From assembly GCA_001687465.1 (NCBI GenBank), contig LVLI01000043.1, positions 186,001-235,340 on the forward strand: a stretch of 49,340 nt of DNA. The letters run 5' to 3'. This document shows positions 12,001-22,000 of the stretch, piece by piece (position 1 is the stretch's first letter; each line of letters starts with the position of its first letter). The notes beneath the pieces are model-generated. The model was not told the origin of the DNA and did no database searches. It was given only the letters and a program-made list of their open reading frames with translations. The DNA comes from Halocafeteria seosinensis (Eukaryota). Both the position numbers and the translations under genes were made by a program.

Positions 12001-12892
12001 GTCTATGGAAGCTGAGGTGCGTGAGAAATGTGAGGATCTCCTTGATCGTCTCCCAGAAGACTACTCCGAAGACGACTATAAGGCTGACATTCAACGCCAA
12101 GGCGGAATGAACGTTCCACTGAATATCTTCTTGTACCAAGAAGTCCAGCGGTTGCAAAACGTGATCTCCAAAGTGAAAGATACACTCACCCAAATCAAGC
12201 TGGCCATCAACGGAGAAGTCGTTATGACGAATGAACTCCAAGAGTCAATGATGAACATTCACGAAGCTAAGGTGCCCTATTCTTGGCTGTATACTCCTGC
12301 CGGAGATGAATTTTCATGGCTTAGCCCCACTCTGGGAATGTGGTTCAACACTCTTATTGACCGCAACACGCAAAACAGCTCCTGGCTGAAAGATGGTCGA
12401 CCGTATTCGTACTGGCTCGCTGGATTTTTCAATCCTCAGGGATTCTTAACAGCCATGAAGCAAGAAGTTACTCGCAAGCATAGGAACGACGGTTGGGCTT
12501 TGGACGACGTGGTGTACTGGTCTGATGTTAAGGATAACAGCGAAAAGCCAGAAAACATCCGTCAACCTGCACCAGAGGGGCAGTATATTCATGGTCTCTT
12601 CCTAGATGGTGCCAGGTACGATGTCAACGAAAAAGGGCTTATGGAATCCGAGCCGAAGAAGCTCTTTGCGCCTATGCCTGTCGTGCGTGTGACGGCTGTC
12701 ACGAAGAGTATGTTCCAAAACAACAAGAAGGAAATGGCCAACCAGTATGGTTATCAACCGTATGAGTGCCCTGTGTACAAGTATCCTCAACGGACAGACA
12801 ACTATTTGATTTATACTTTGATGCTGCCCTCGCGGCAACCTCCGCAACACTGGATCTTGCGTGGTGTGGCCATTACGGTAGTCCTTCACTAA
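1..12892 (+). CDS. DNAH5: Axonemal dynein heavy chain, outer-arm gamma type (Chlamydomonas ODA2 / DNAH5-DNAH8 class); 5' end lies outside the window
   Basis: The frame is open from base 2 (AKDNVKYLSTLDKFLEPLY) to the stop at 12892. It has four P-loops: GPAGTGKT (4697), GPTGGGKT, GGPGTAKT (6623; the GTAKT P3 is typical of the gamma/DNAH5-8 class) and GVGGSGKQS. Also CFDEFNR, HYDFGLRNILSVLR, a stalk coiled coil and a C-terminal HWILRGVA. No introns in 12.9 kb. Confidence 0.95.
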   Translation, partial: AKDNVKYLSTLDKFLEPLYSQDPSHIIDALPALMNSIKMIHQIARYFGNDKFRMEDLFVRLTRRMIMNCKEFILQSGEGEDEAKTSGTKLWTKDPATLLKTLEECLKLNEAYQDTYRFTKEALASQPNVKKFEFDENAIFSHFDLFCRRIIKLIDMFATIAQFDALASHKLEGMEDLTKKFQEMLGDFKRKRHDLLAYEDNSFDRDYVEFNVKVQSLEQELQNFINSSFESISDVMQSLNLLRKFQSILQRESLKADLDDKFAIIFQTYGGELEMIQSLYERHKHNPPTPRNMPPVAGNITWSRHLLKRIEEPMRQFERNQAVLASRDAKRIIKSYNKVARTLVAFEYLWYQAWVDSIEDAKAGLQATLLIRHPEDGKLYVNFDAEILQLIREAKCLDRMGIEIPESAKVVLLQEEKFKSYYNNLAYCLHEYARITSKIIPVTAGLLKPHIHDLEYKLRPGMVTLTWTSMNIDAYLSHVQNGLHRLEELVHNINDVIENRVENNLKVVSKALLVDLPENRTCNLDDFVQMQEEIVHEKVSLLQGKNVEIEHAVEDLTGLICSYPLDAHIERVKDEDIQKLHDHYNHFMYQALLNCTKTSLNTLKRRVAGTSNGESKANPFFEIEVKLSVPSVDLQPSLEEVQDAINRTALAVLSSTKEIWDWGQANLHEEDRVSFFERVTKDIEVARVLLLLTGSVQSLRDQVNNYLSSFDRYAWLWRQDADSAYKEFMQSNPGIDDYEEQLKFFMKIEEEINEIEDTAVIGALNLRTTDMKNQMQQLAEQWKVRYSDNLHKMAKNKMAELSEYMKKGFTKLSRTVDNLDSLKFIMETLEEIRDKEATIEADIAPIMDMYAMLEHYLPSDYMDKEEMDQKSVLRSTWKRLVQRAEEVKDEISSVQVDFKKQLIHDVRQFTKDVKNFRDDYEKNGPMVSGISPQDAMDRLKRYEGEYDILARKKDLYQSGEELFALPVTEYPVLDQTKKELTLLNKLYSLYRDVMNKMNEYKTILWSDVVDNIDQMNTEMEGFANRCKKMPKRLREWDAFKDLKNKIEDFQSILPLLYELSKESIRQRHWDEIRELTGHELPVEDTEFKMQDLIDANLVEHKDEIEEICDAADKQLDIEQKLKEIKEKWEQEPLVFGEWKTRGVPILQRVPLIVEDLEEAQMNLQTMLTMRHVTPFKEEAQEQLKLLSDTSDTLELWQKVQMFWCSLESVFLGGDIAKQMPREASRFQKVDKEWVKLMSAASKTVIVTQACASEVLRQSLPHMYDELERCQKSLEGYLEQKRAMFPRFYFVSNPVLLNILSQGSDPMAIQEYYEKIFDAITRVEHDRKDKSQIIAMMSREGDTEEKMELQNPVKAQGNIENWLTDLLKEMKRTMKEACDECAAGIMSIKDNLDSLRGFVDNSCGQYALLGLQLLYTSTVEEALKTGPKKLREAENKTADVLGRLISWCLQDLGSKMNRTKIESLVTIQVHQRDVLHELVQFGGRSKKPLGADNFEWLKQIRFYWRPEESDEVSNDGACVVSVTDVEFNYQYEYLGCKERLVITPLTDRCYITLAQALGMHYGGSPAGPAGTGKTETVKDMGRSLGIYVVVTNCSSEMMYTDCAKIFKGLCMGGLWGCFDEFNRITLPVLSVVAQQVLAIQNAKKANAKYFNFPGDAQQVNMTHICGFFITMNPGYAGRQELPENLKALFRGVAMMVPDREIIIKVKLCSVGYSDFTNLSRKFFVCYQLCEEQLSKTKHYDFGLRNILSVLRTAGATKRENLNENEELLLYRTLRDMNLSKFIAQDVPLFLSMLRDLFPSVKSPPKSTYPEVEKAIGESVDQAGLEHHPTWLNKVIQLYETSLVRHGIMLTGPTGGGKTAIFDILSTSLQASSGVQYRQVRLNPKAITSQEMYGETDVMSGEWTTGIFAAIWQKYNNRSNAYNTWIVCDGPVDTMWIESLNSVLDDNKLLTLASGDRFPMTDNVALMFENENLNNASPATVSRAGIVYVSDTDLDWRPVVNAWIKKQKDAYQKVLPSLFTKYIGRQSGIQHEDEDRVKDDTGKPHESGHMFDFLARQVEAVMQISRVGAVASLYRLMGSVFHKTENKFSAGGTEDFKKEVERVFIYCLSWSVGGLLEPNDRKHFDSYIRELAGESQMPTLERDDDTVYEFFVDSTNHFKWERWAPPAWEYPKDQDPLDFANLLVPTIDSTRALSILEAMHSRNYPVMMVGGPGTAKTSNALMFCGNFDPEQRLLKRINFSSATDSAIFQQGIESQLDKRGGKSFGPPGGKKMTVFIDDISMPEINEWGDQPTNEIVRQLIEQGGFYFRDKDKRGDFKVCEDLNFVAAMTHPGGGRNDIPDRLKRQFFIFNLVLPSISSIDNLYGQMVRGRFTSAEFDQATLDVCGKLTDVTIDLWNQVKNKMLPTPAKFHYIFNMRDLSRVFQGILLTPKETIKQGGISAPCESGPLNVVKLWQHESSRVFRDKLTTAEDKEWFDKTISKVVRNHFGDDTADAAGANTDIYFVNFMRDDVYDEEEVLVEEAPLVYEDGGTLQNVRERVEMFKDRHNEQYPSKALELVLFNDALEHLTRISRILTMDRGSALLVGVGGSGKQSLTRLAAYIARSKIFQITLTKSYNVNQLMEDLRYLYKTAGAKQSITFLFTEAEIKKEQFLEYINSILLTGEIGGLFAKDEMMAMSAELRPDFLEKRPGQPDTPDNLRQFFIDTVRDNLHLVLCMSPKNPKFPERARKFPGIISGTTIDWFLPWPEEALVSVSEGMLKNYDLDAEDEVKDNLVHHMGHVHKMVVDVCEEYFEQLRRHVYQTPKSYLSFIANYKNVYQKRLEEIKEKEQRVNLGLQKLNKGSQDVEDMKVTLAQEREKLEKATQEVNEKLGSLQTSSAEAEKASEKASKIKETCVSERERIKNEKEQCEKELAEAQPFLDEANRAISSIKPAHLTEVKRLPKPADIIKVVFDGVLVLFYAALNPVNVAELNISKTTFEFIEPSFQNAVQMMADTGFLARVQNFAKDSITEETIELMTPYVEMEYFDPAVAKSASVAAEGLCVWVRAMKSYHEASKIVKPKLEALKVAEGKLEKAEEDLAEAEKQQKEAQDKLDALKKEYDDSMAHAKSIEENERQLRKRMEQADSLIRGLGDEKTRWQEDSATFADRKRKLVGDCAVCCAFVSYCGPFNQPFRAYMTKERFIKDCKKRGVPVSSDIDVTNFLVDAGITGDWALQGLPTDPLSIQNGILVTFSARYPLLVDPQGQALQWISNKEADRLPPHFQSTTLEHKDLKDQLEYCMQEGRTLIVVGIEEELDPILDPVLEHQVIKKGKRRYINVADKLMEMHDEFRMFFFTRLPNPHFSPEQQAKTTVIDFTVTQKGLEDQLLGRVIQKEQKSLEDLLNQVLEEVNTNTKSLLQLDALLLERLTSGEKNLLDDDELVDVLNNTKAKAADVKEKLASADETRKSINEKREQFRPVATRGSVLYFSIVEMSNVNVMYQTSLSQFIDLFMKSMEIAEKANVAAKRVQKIIDAMTYLVYRYVNKGLYEKDKLLFVFIITIKTMVTDNVLTPQDVNLFMRAGAALDINSVRKKPSWITDSTWLNVIALSEDSTFFRALPDNITKNESAWRRWYDANEPENTDIPDFEMQIRDQKDTGPWLRLLLVRSMRVDRTLLMVRDFIRQSEYMGAKYVEPVSDTMESILEDMTCVTPVVFLLSTGADPTESIELLAKRRKQAVECVSMGQGQEPVAVKAIQKASVNGSWVLLQNCELGLDLMEKMEDMVNDMKETVHEDFRLFITALPHPKFPLGLLQMSTKVTNEPPSGMQAGLLRSFTTIIDQDRLERIDTSQWRQLVFGLAFLHSVVQERRKFGPLGWCKAYQFNNGDLSACLMFLEKHMYNGPINWPTVQYMVSEVQYGGKITDDFDRRLFNTYAHLWLSPQIFDPEFSFTPKHPLSRIDFDYRIKDFTEIEAYRNYASSLPEIDNPEIFGLHPNADLTFRMKEADKFLDALSDTQPKSAGGGGGGMSMEAEVREKCEDLLDRLPEDYSEDDYKADIQRQGGMNVPLNIFLYQEVQRLQNVISKVKDTLTQIKLAINGEVVMTNELQESMMNIHEAKVPYSWLYTPAGDEFSWLSPTLGMWFNTLIDRNTQNSSWLKDGRPYSYWLAGFFNPQGFLTAMKQEVTRKHRNDGWALDDVVYWSDVKDNSEKPENIRQPAPEGQYIHGLFLDGARYDVNEKGLMESEPKKLFAPMPVVRVTAVTKSMFQNNKKEMANQYGYQPYECPVYKYPQRTDNYLIYTLMLPSRQPPQHWILRGVAITVVLH

Positions 12893-13019
12893 GTAACGAC
12901 TACGTTAAGAATCCAATATACGTGGTTCAAAATTAGTGTCACATTTACCAGTTCTGGTACAAACATCAAGATATGCTTAGTAACCTCGTAGTATATTCGA
13001 TTTCAAGCTAAATTCTTGC

Positions 13020-16000
13020 CTAGTGTTTGGCTGTTCTAGAGGGTTGGGCCTCCTCGTCGTGTGTTCCAAAGTAGACATCCCACGTCGCGTTGCTCGGAGT
13101 CTCTGGGGTAGGCCGAGAAACGTCGCTCGTCTTTCGGCGGAAGTGGACAACAATACCAATAATGGTAGCTGCTGCTATCAGTCCAATAACAATACCGGCC
13201 ACAGCACCGCCTGAAACTTGACCTGTGCTTCCAGCGTTAGCGGAGTCTGCTGAGGAACTGCTTTCGGTACTCTTCACTCTTCCTGCAACTCCTGTGTTGG
13301 TAGTAAACAAAGTAGACGTGAATAGTCCCGTCTTCGTAGTGTTCGCGGAAACATGCCTTCCGTCAAAGTTTATGGAATGGGGTTCATCGCTCCACTCCTG
13401 GGGAACTGTGTTCCCCGAGCGGAGTAGAACTGGGACGATAAGTGTCTGAGGGCACAATATCTCAATTGTGCTTCCCGCAAGGCTGCTATCACATTTGAAG
13501 TAGAAAACCTGCTGATTCCCATTAAAATAGTCAGTGCATGCGATAGAGACTTCTTCCTGATTAGAGCAGTTGATTTCCGAAACTGGAATATCCCTGTCCC
13601 CTCTCAGAATGCCATCAATATCCAAAGCGGTCGTCAGGTTTCCGGTAGTGTCGGGGAACAAAGGTAATGTAACCGTCCAATTCGAGTTAATCTCCGTACC
13701 CTCATTACCGCTCGGAGTGTGCATAGCAGTAATTCTGAGTGTCTTCGACGCGATATCTCGGGTTAGGGGAGTGAGGTTATCTTGCATTGGCAAGCTACCA
13801 CTTCCTCGAGATTCAGACTGCAGTTGCAGCTGACCACCGTCCTGTGTCAGTTTATTACCTTGAGGAAGTAGTTCTGCAAAGCGTTTCCTAAGCTGACCCA
13901 GCTTTCTTTCTACAGTAGTTGATTTTTTACCCGCTTCCTTGATACTTGCTCCGGGAGGAATATCTGACGGCGGATCAGCATATTCCTCAGCGATGACTGT
14001 AGTTGCATCTGTTGCTTTGCCTTTCACTTTGGAGACAGCCCGTGGAGAGGTTGAGGTGTCTACGGGATCCTGTCCACAGTCCTCAAACTCTAAATCGCTC
14101 ACGCCAACACCATGTTGAGCTGATGGAACTATTTCGAAGGGCACATCCCCAGCTAACCTTCTAGAAAAGACAGCGACACTCGGGTTACGATCGCAAAATG
14201 TTGGAACAGAAGCAAATGGTGCGGCGACAGTGCGCGTACTCGTGCCGTCTTCCAGTCCGAGAAGCACGGACTCTCCGATTAGTTGGGCCGACTGATGAGT
14301 GAAGTAGAAAACACTGTAATTAAATCTGGAGCTTCCCATTCTAAGATTATCGAATAGTGTTCGGGAGTTAACCTCCAGCGATCTACTTGCAAGAGCATGG
14401 TCGTAACGAAACTGGTTCCTTCCACTCTCAAAATTCTTGCCCAGTACTTGGTTTTCAAGGCGCACAACTTCTTCTGAGAATCTCTCATTAACTCCAGAGG
14501 AGCCTGCGGCATTTGAGAGCGAATCTATGTACATCTGTGCCAACTCGTCATAATTCACGTAACTCTTGAGACTTGATTCGAGGAGATCCAGAAGCTCTGC
14601 CATTCTATTGTTAGCGCTGCTCGTTTGGAGCAACCTCTGTCTCGAAAAGCTCTGACCAGCTCGGAAAGCCTCACGGGCAGCTCTAGCTACACAAGCTGAA
14701 TCGCTGAGAGCAACGCACTGCTCGGCGTTCTCGGCCTCACGATCGAAAAAAGCTTGTTTCTGCTCCACACTGGGTTGCTCGACCGTTACATGCTTGGATG
14801 CTATTGCGGATGCTCCTAAACTGTCAATGACACGAACAAACAACCACACATCATTTCCTTGAGAGGGAGATGGAATTGTCGTAGTTATACTGCGCTTCTC
14901 ACCGCTTGGGGACATAAGGGTGCTCGATTCGAAGTCCTCACTGAAGCCGTAGTAGAAGGCGTATTCCAAGGGCATGTCTAGATCCTGCCAACCACGTGCT
15001 TGTAGAATCACACTCGTCGTGTCAGAAACGATTTCGTCACTGGACGCCAGGACCAGTTCGCCGCGGCGTGGAGGCAGATTGACCATTACGGGCACTTCCG
15101 CAGTGCCATGCATTTCTTCGTCTTCAAACCTGCCCGAAAAGCGGAAAGTGTAAGTAACTCCTTCAGACAATGAGTCTGACCGAATCGCTAAGCGATCATT
15201 GAAGCGACTAGGAGAATCCATGATATTCGCAAGCAGTGGATCCAGTCTATTGGCTAAAGCCCACTCCTTTCGGATATCATCTGTGTCGTCCACGGATCCA
15301 AAAATGGTGACGTAATCGCCCCGATTTATCCTATATATGCTCTGGCCATTATGGTTTGTAATAGCGGGAGTGTTTGTGGAGCCCTCAGAAACAACAGAGT
15401 CAATTCGCATGGTGGGAATTCGGTTTGGGACTAAAGTAATGGTTACTTCGTCAGTGGCTCTGGAATGGAAACTTCCATATTTTTCGCGGTCCAGATGCAT
15501 GTCGACAGTAAGGCTGAACTTCATTCTCATCTCTGGCGGGGAGCCTGCGCTTTCGTGTAGACTCTGCAATTTACCGCTGTCAACTACGATGGCCTCATTG
15601 TTATGTGTGTTGTCCAGCAACATTTGGCTACAGTTCCGTTCCATTCCATAGGATTCAGTAAACTGACAATGCCAGGAGAATCGGTAACGAAACTGCCATC
15701 CGGAGGGGAGATCGGGTTGACCTTCATCAGGGCTCTTGCTACCGCTTCCGTCAAGTTCTAGAGTAGATTGGGTCCGTACCTTCCGATCGCCTCCGTTGAT
15801 GGAGGCTGTAACACCACTCGGAATAACACGGAATGCGGCCTGACTTTGGGTTCTCAACGTCTCTCCGCCCCCGATAGGCACGGCTGTCACGTTGAATTGC
15901 ACAAAATAGTTATCGGAGTAAGGAACAAATCTACCAGAGGGAATGTTGAGACGCCGAGGGTCGGGCTGCCGAAATAATGAAACGCCCAATTCCTTTCCTC

Positions 16001-19000
16001 GAGGGTCTATAAGTCTCCACGAAAACGTGAAATCCGACGTAAGGGCACTGAGCTGGGTGGTCTGGTCTTGGCATTGATCGATGCCCACAGACGCTTCGAA
16101 ATCCGCTCCAGCAGAAGCAGGGAACTGAGTGTTTGGAAGTTGTTCAAAGACCACCGATGGAGACAAATAATCGAGTACCTCGAATTCTATCAGTTTCTCA
16201 TGCACGCTTCCAAACTCGTTTGATCCCTGAAGTTGTATCTTGTAGATTGCCCCTCCGACGAGTTGCTCCCGGGACAGAAATAGGAAGTCTTGGTTCCTCA
16301 AGGTGGCGGACGAAACATTCTTGTGGATGCCTGAAACCCTCTGAGAGTTAGTTATGTTAGCCCCGCCGAATTGGACTACAGCCTCGAGATTCCACTCCCA
16401 ACTGATTCCCTCTTTCCTCCCATCTCCTACAACGGAAGTAACTTGGATATCTTGGTCACCGCAATTAGAGATCACTCGCTGGAAATCGACAAAGAAATCG
16501 ACATCAGGAGTGGAATCGGGAGCACCGAGTTGGACGACTGTTTCCGGCATAGCTACTGAGCCCCCTTGACGTTGAATCATGCCTCCACGCACCGTGATAT
16601 TACTTCCTGTACCAATAGTGGTACCAAATTCCTCACGATCTACAGTTGGTGACCGAAGTAGAACAAGCAGCGTTTGCGGATCTTGCCAAGAACATTTGTC
16701 GAAGACATTTGCCCGGCTACCAATATCAGAGAAGATCAAGTCTAGACACTCAAAGCGGATACCCAGGTTTGCTCGGTTAGTAGGCATGTTGAAGCTTATT
16801 GTGAACAACGTTTCAAGCGGGTCCAGCATGGGCCTGTTGGTAATAGCTGGAGGATGCAGATTGCTGGGAAGCACAGTCGAGGTGGCAGTCACAGAAGGAT
16901 TCCTTGAGCGAGTGGGGGTACCAGTCGGCGTGACAGTTGGTGAAGGCGTAACAGTGCGGGTTCTGGAAGCACTCGCCGCTGCTGGCGAAACCGATGCATC
17001 TCTTACCGCTGAAGGCGTAACAGTACGAGTTCTGGAAGCACTTGCCGCTGAAGGCGTAACAGTGCGGGTTCTGGAAGCAGTCCCCGCTGCTGGCGAAACC
17101 GATGCACTTCCATGACCTCTAGAGGGGGTTGCAGATGGCGAGTTCGCCGTAGCACCACTGGGGACTGGTGAAGGAGATTGTATCCCTCTCTGTCTATCTC
17201 TTACTGCTGACGCAGACTGAGGATTGCTCCTCAGCTGCGGAAAGCTGTTATCATCGGGAACGTACCAAACCTCGTTAGACCATCCATGGTATAGTTTTCC
17301 GAGAATATCTTTGAGATCACCCGAATTTCTCACTATGGTCACATGTTCATCGCCATACCAGTAGTTTGACCCAATAATGTGTTCCAGTCCTGTAGCATCG
17401 GAGGGTGTGGAATGAACTGAGGAGTTCACAATGAGTGCCTTTATTTCAGCATCATGCGAAATTCCTCCAATCATGGCCACATGACTTGTGGACAACATGT
17501 ACACGTGGTTTATGAAGACGACACCACGGTCTCCAGCAGTATCATCACCACATATTCCTCCTGCGTCGTAAGACGCACGTACACTACCAGTTGTGTAGGA
17601 GTCTTCTATCTGCACCGTTCCTGACCATCCGGTCTCCCAGCCACTGATACCCCCGGAAGCACTCGATAGAATGTCACCGACAGTAAAGCATTGAGATATT
17701 CGCAGGAAGCCCCCGTAATTAGCGCTGCTGCCACCGACAATTCCTCCGGCACCACGGCCACCTATATTTCCACCGGAGTAACAGCTGTTTATAAAGACTC
17801 TACTGCTGAAACCCCGTCCCGTGGCCGCTCCACCTATTCCCCCCGCCTCGTCCCCTGAAATACCTCCCAGAGAATACGAGCCACTAATCTCAATCAATCC
17901 ACCATCGCTTCCGGCTTCCATACCGACGATGCCACCCGAACCTCTGCCGGTAATTGCACCTGTGGTACGAGACTCCTCTATATGTACCCGCCCATCAGTA
18001 TGTCCAACCTTACTCCCTGCGATGCCACCACTTCCTAAGTCCCGAATCTCTCCAGTGGAACTGCAGTGTTGTACTCTGAAGAATCTTTGGCGAGCTTGGA
18101 CAATGAAGCCAGCATCATCTGCAGTTGTTCCTTGTACTGTATGTACGTTTTTAATCAACGGTGCATCTTCAAACGATTTGACGCTGTCGCCGACCCGGAC
18201 TAATCCTCTAAATGAATCCATGCCGTGTAAATTAATCGTAAAATTCTGGCCGTCAAACGTTTCGTTAGCCTCGAGTAAAATGTGAGTTAGATTGCTATAG
18301 CCTGAGCTGCCCCAGTCGATGTCACAGGACTGAAACAATACCGCACTATCGTCACGTCTTCCCAAGCACGCGGTGTTTGAAGGGGATAAAGAAAAGTCTG
18401 AGAACTCGCGTTTGTGGTCCGGCGGCTGAGAATTGTACCGTAGCTGGGGGAATTTCTCACCCTCAGGAATAAACCAGATTTCGTCGGACCATTGATGTCG
18501 TCCGTGCTGATACAGCTGTCTCCTGATATCGTCCAGGTTTCCCGAGTTGCCTTGTGAGGATATTCTAAAATCGCCATTTCGGCGTCCTACTAGACTCGCT
18601 GGACCTGTTATACTGCCGCCTGTATCCTGCACTGAATATGTGATGTTCACTTCTCCGGGGCGAGTATACATATTCACGGAGATACCTCCTACTACGAATG
18701 GTTTTGAAGGGTACCTGGACAACATGTACACGTTTGTAATAGCCAAACTAACAGAGCTATCGACAATTGCTCCAAATACTCCTCCCGCGGAAAGCGCATA
18801 TGGCGCAATATCGCCAGTTGTGTAACAATCGCTAATGGTTATAGTACCTTGGCTCCAACGTCGGCTTCCACAAACACCACCTGCTCCGCTGTTTCGGATA
18901 TCACCCATCGTAAAACACTGAGATATTCGCAAGTACCCACCTTCATCTTCAACAGATCCTACAACCGGATCGGCTAAGCTTGAACCTCCAGCTATTCCTC

Positions 19001-22000
19001 CGCTAGTAAAACCCATAATCGTGCCGGTGGAATAGCACTTGTCAACATACAGTTCGCCCCTTCCGCCTTCGGGGCCACATATACCTCCTGTATTGTTCCC
19101 TTCAATCACACCTACTGAGTGGCATCTAATGACTTCGACTACGCCCCTTTGAACCCCAGCTCCATCGCCGACTATACCACCAGCTCTTGAGCCTGTAATA
19201 CTTCCAGTACTATGGGACTGGCGGACCACTGCTCGCCCGCGAGCAATTCCACTACGCCGACCTGCGATTCCACCGCTTGCTGTTCCCCTAATCTCGCCTG
19301 TGGAACTACAATGCTCTACTTTGAAAAACTGTTGGCCACCTTGGACAATAAACCCTGCTTCTTCCGCAGTTGTTCCATTCACCGTATGCACGTTCCTTAT
19401 CAAAGGCGCATTTTCTAAGGAGCGAACGTCAGAGCTAACCTGGAACAACCCTTTGAATTGGTTCACTCCATCCAAATTAACAGTGAAGTTTCGACCGTCG
19501 AAGATCTGGCCCGGTCCCAAAATGATGCTTTCTGTAGTCGCGTATCCGGCTTCGTTCCAGTTGATGTCACAAGAAAAGAATAGTACTGTCCGGTCTTCAT
19601 TTTTGCCCACACAGTCAGACTCTGACAGCGCAGGAACCCGTGGATCCGGTATCTTTACAGTCGTAGGAAATGGCTGCGGGTTTTGCTTGAGCAAGGGAAA
19701 GCTATCATGATCCAATATGAACCATGTTTCATTGGACCATACGTGTTGCGGTTGCCGGTACAATGCACCTTCGATGTCACGAAGGTCGCCTGAATTCCCT
19801 TGCGCATTGCCTAGAAGAGCGTGGTTCTTCCCAGCCAGATAAACTGGTCCGGACCGGTCTGGATGTGTGCTGTGCACCGAAAACGTTACGCTCACATTTG
19901 ACGAGCCAAGGGATACACCTCCGATCAGGAACGTCCTAGAAGGTGCTGTAGATAGCATGTAAACATCTTCAAGGAACACATAACCACCTCCAGCTCCAGT
20001 CCGGTCGCCACATATACCTCCGCTTCCTCCAGCACTTGCCGCAACGTCGCCTAAAGTGTACGATTCCCGTATTGTCACGTATCCCCCGAAGCCCGTAAGA
20101 GATCCGGAGATACCACCCGCTGCGCTGCCGAGTATTTTACCGGCAGTGAAGCATCTCTGGATTTGAACAAATCCACCATCACGAGCACTATCGCTACCCA
20201 CTATTCCTCCACTTCCACTGCCACGGATGTTCCCAACAGAGTAGCAATCGCTGATGTAGAGCTGCTGCTTCGCATCGTAATAGATATTCGGAACAGCATC
20301 AGAACCACATATTCCACCTGCTCCGAAACCATCAATAGTTCCAGAAGAATAGCAATTGATAATGGAAACAGATCCACCGCTGTCACAAGCTCTTTCACCA
20401 ACAATGGCTCCTACACCTGTGCCAGTCAATGACCCCATTGAAAATGAATTCCGAATAACGATGTCTCCCCCAACGGAGCTTCCGGCAATCCCGCCACTCC
20501 CAGATCCGCTAACTTCTCCATTGGAGCTACAGTGATCGACCTCGAAAAAGCTCTGCTCTCCTTGGACAATAAATGCATTGTCATATGAGGTAGTCCCGTT
20601 GATAGTATGCACATTCTTTATCAATGGGGCGTCTTGGAAAGAATCTACTGTCGAACTAATCCGAAACAGCCCGTCGAAGTCGTAGACACCATTTAGGTTA
20701 ATGGTAAAGTTATTCCCCTCAAACGTCTCAGCAGCTTCCAAAACGATGTGATCGTTACTTGCATACCCATTCGCTTTCCACTGAATATCGCAATTTTGGA
20801 TCCATTTTGAGCCGTCGGAGTCGTATTCGTGGGTAAGACACGGGGCATTCCGGAACCGGGGGGCAGCACTTGGAGTTGGCCTTGGAGTGGTAGACGGAGA
20901 GGGTCTGATTTTTGGTTCGCCGGGCATTTCGGGTACGTTGGCAGCGCTATGAGGATTATTACGTAGTTGCGGATAACTTTGATTGCTTGGGAGGAACCAG
21001 ATTTGGTCCGACCACATGCGCCTCCAAGTGCGGTATAGCTTGCCCCAAATATCAAAACGATCACCTGAGTTTCCTTCCAGTGTTATGCCGGAGGCTTGAC
21101 TATTTTCATCTATCATTGTGTGCGCTCCTGTCCTTCCTTTACCAGCACCATAGACTGAGTAACGTACGTCAACGTCAGCTTCCGAATCGAAATCGAAATT
21201 GATAATATAGGAAACACCGCCAATCAGGAATTCTCTAGCGGGATAGCTTGATAATGCGTATACACTTTCGATAACTAGGCTGCCACCATCATACCCAGTT
21301 TCTTCACCGCAAATAGCTCCCGTCCCAACGCTTGACGGCTCAACAGTCCCAATCGTATAAGAGTTTTTAATTTCGACACTGCCAGCTAAAGCCGTATAGT
21401 GGCCGGAAATTCCACCAGCCCCAGAGCCTGTTATATTACCCGTCGTGAAGCATTGTAGCACCCGTACAAGACCCCCGACAGAGTTAGTTCCACCGTTATT
21501 GGCGCTGTCACCCCCAACAATTCCTCCGCTACCTGTTCCAGAAATCACCCCTGCAGAGTAGCATTTGCCAATGTAAACACGGGACCCTGCAGTGGTCAGG
21601 GAGCTGTCGTCCTCAGCAGCATCAGAGCCACAAATCCCTCCAGCTTCGAATCCTTCAATTGATCCAAGCGAAAAGCAGTTGGTAATGCTCAGGCGTCCCT
21701 CCTTGCTGCTGCAATCATCTCCGGCGATACCTCCAGCCCCAGAGCCGGTCACTCTGCCTGTAGAATGAGATTCTCGTATGAGCACTTCGCCAAAATTGTA
21801 ACCCGTTCTACTGCCTGAGATGCCTCCACTTCCTTCTCCTTTGATTTCCCCGTTGGAGGTACACTGACGTACTTCGAAGAAGCGTTGGCCCTCTTGGACA
21901 ATGAAGCCTCCAGAAGCTGCAGTCTTCCCGTTTACAGTATGTACATTCTTTATCACCGGGGCGTTCTCGAAGGATTTCTCCGCTCCACTGGTTCTGAAGA

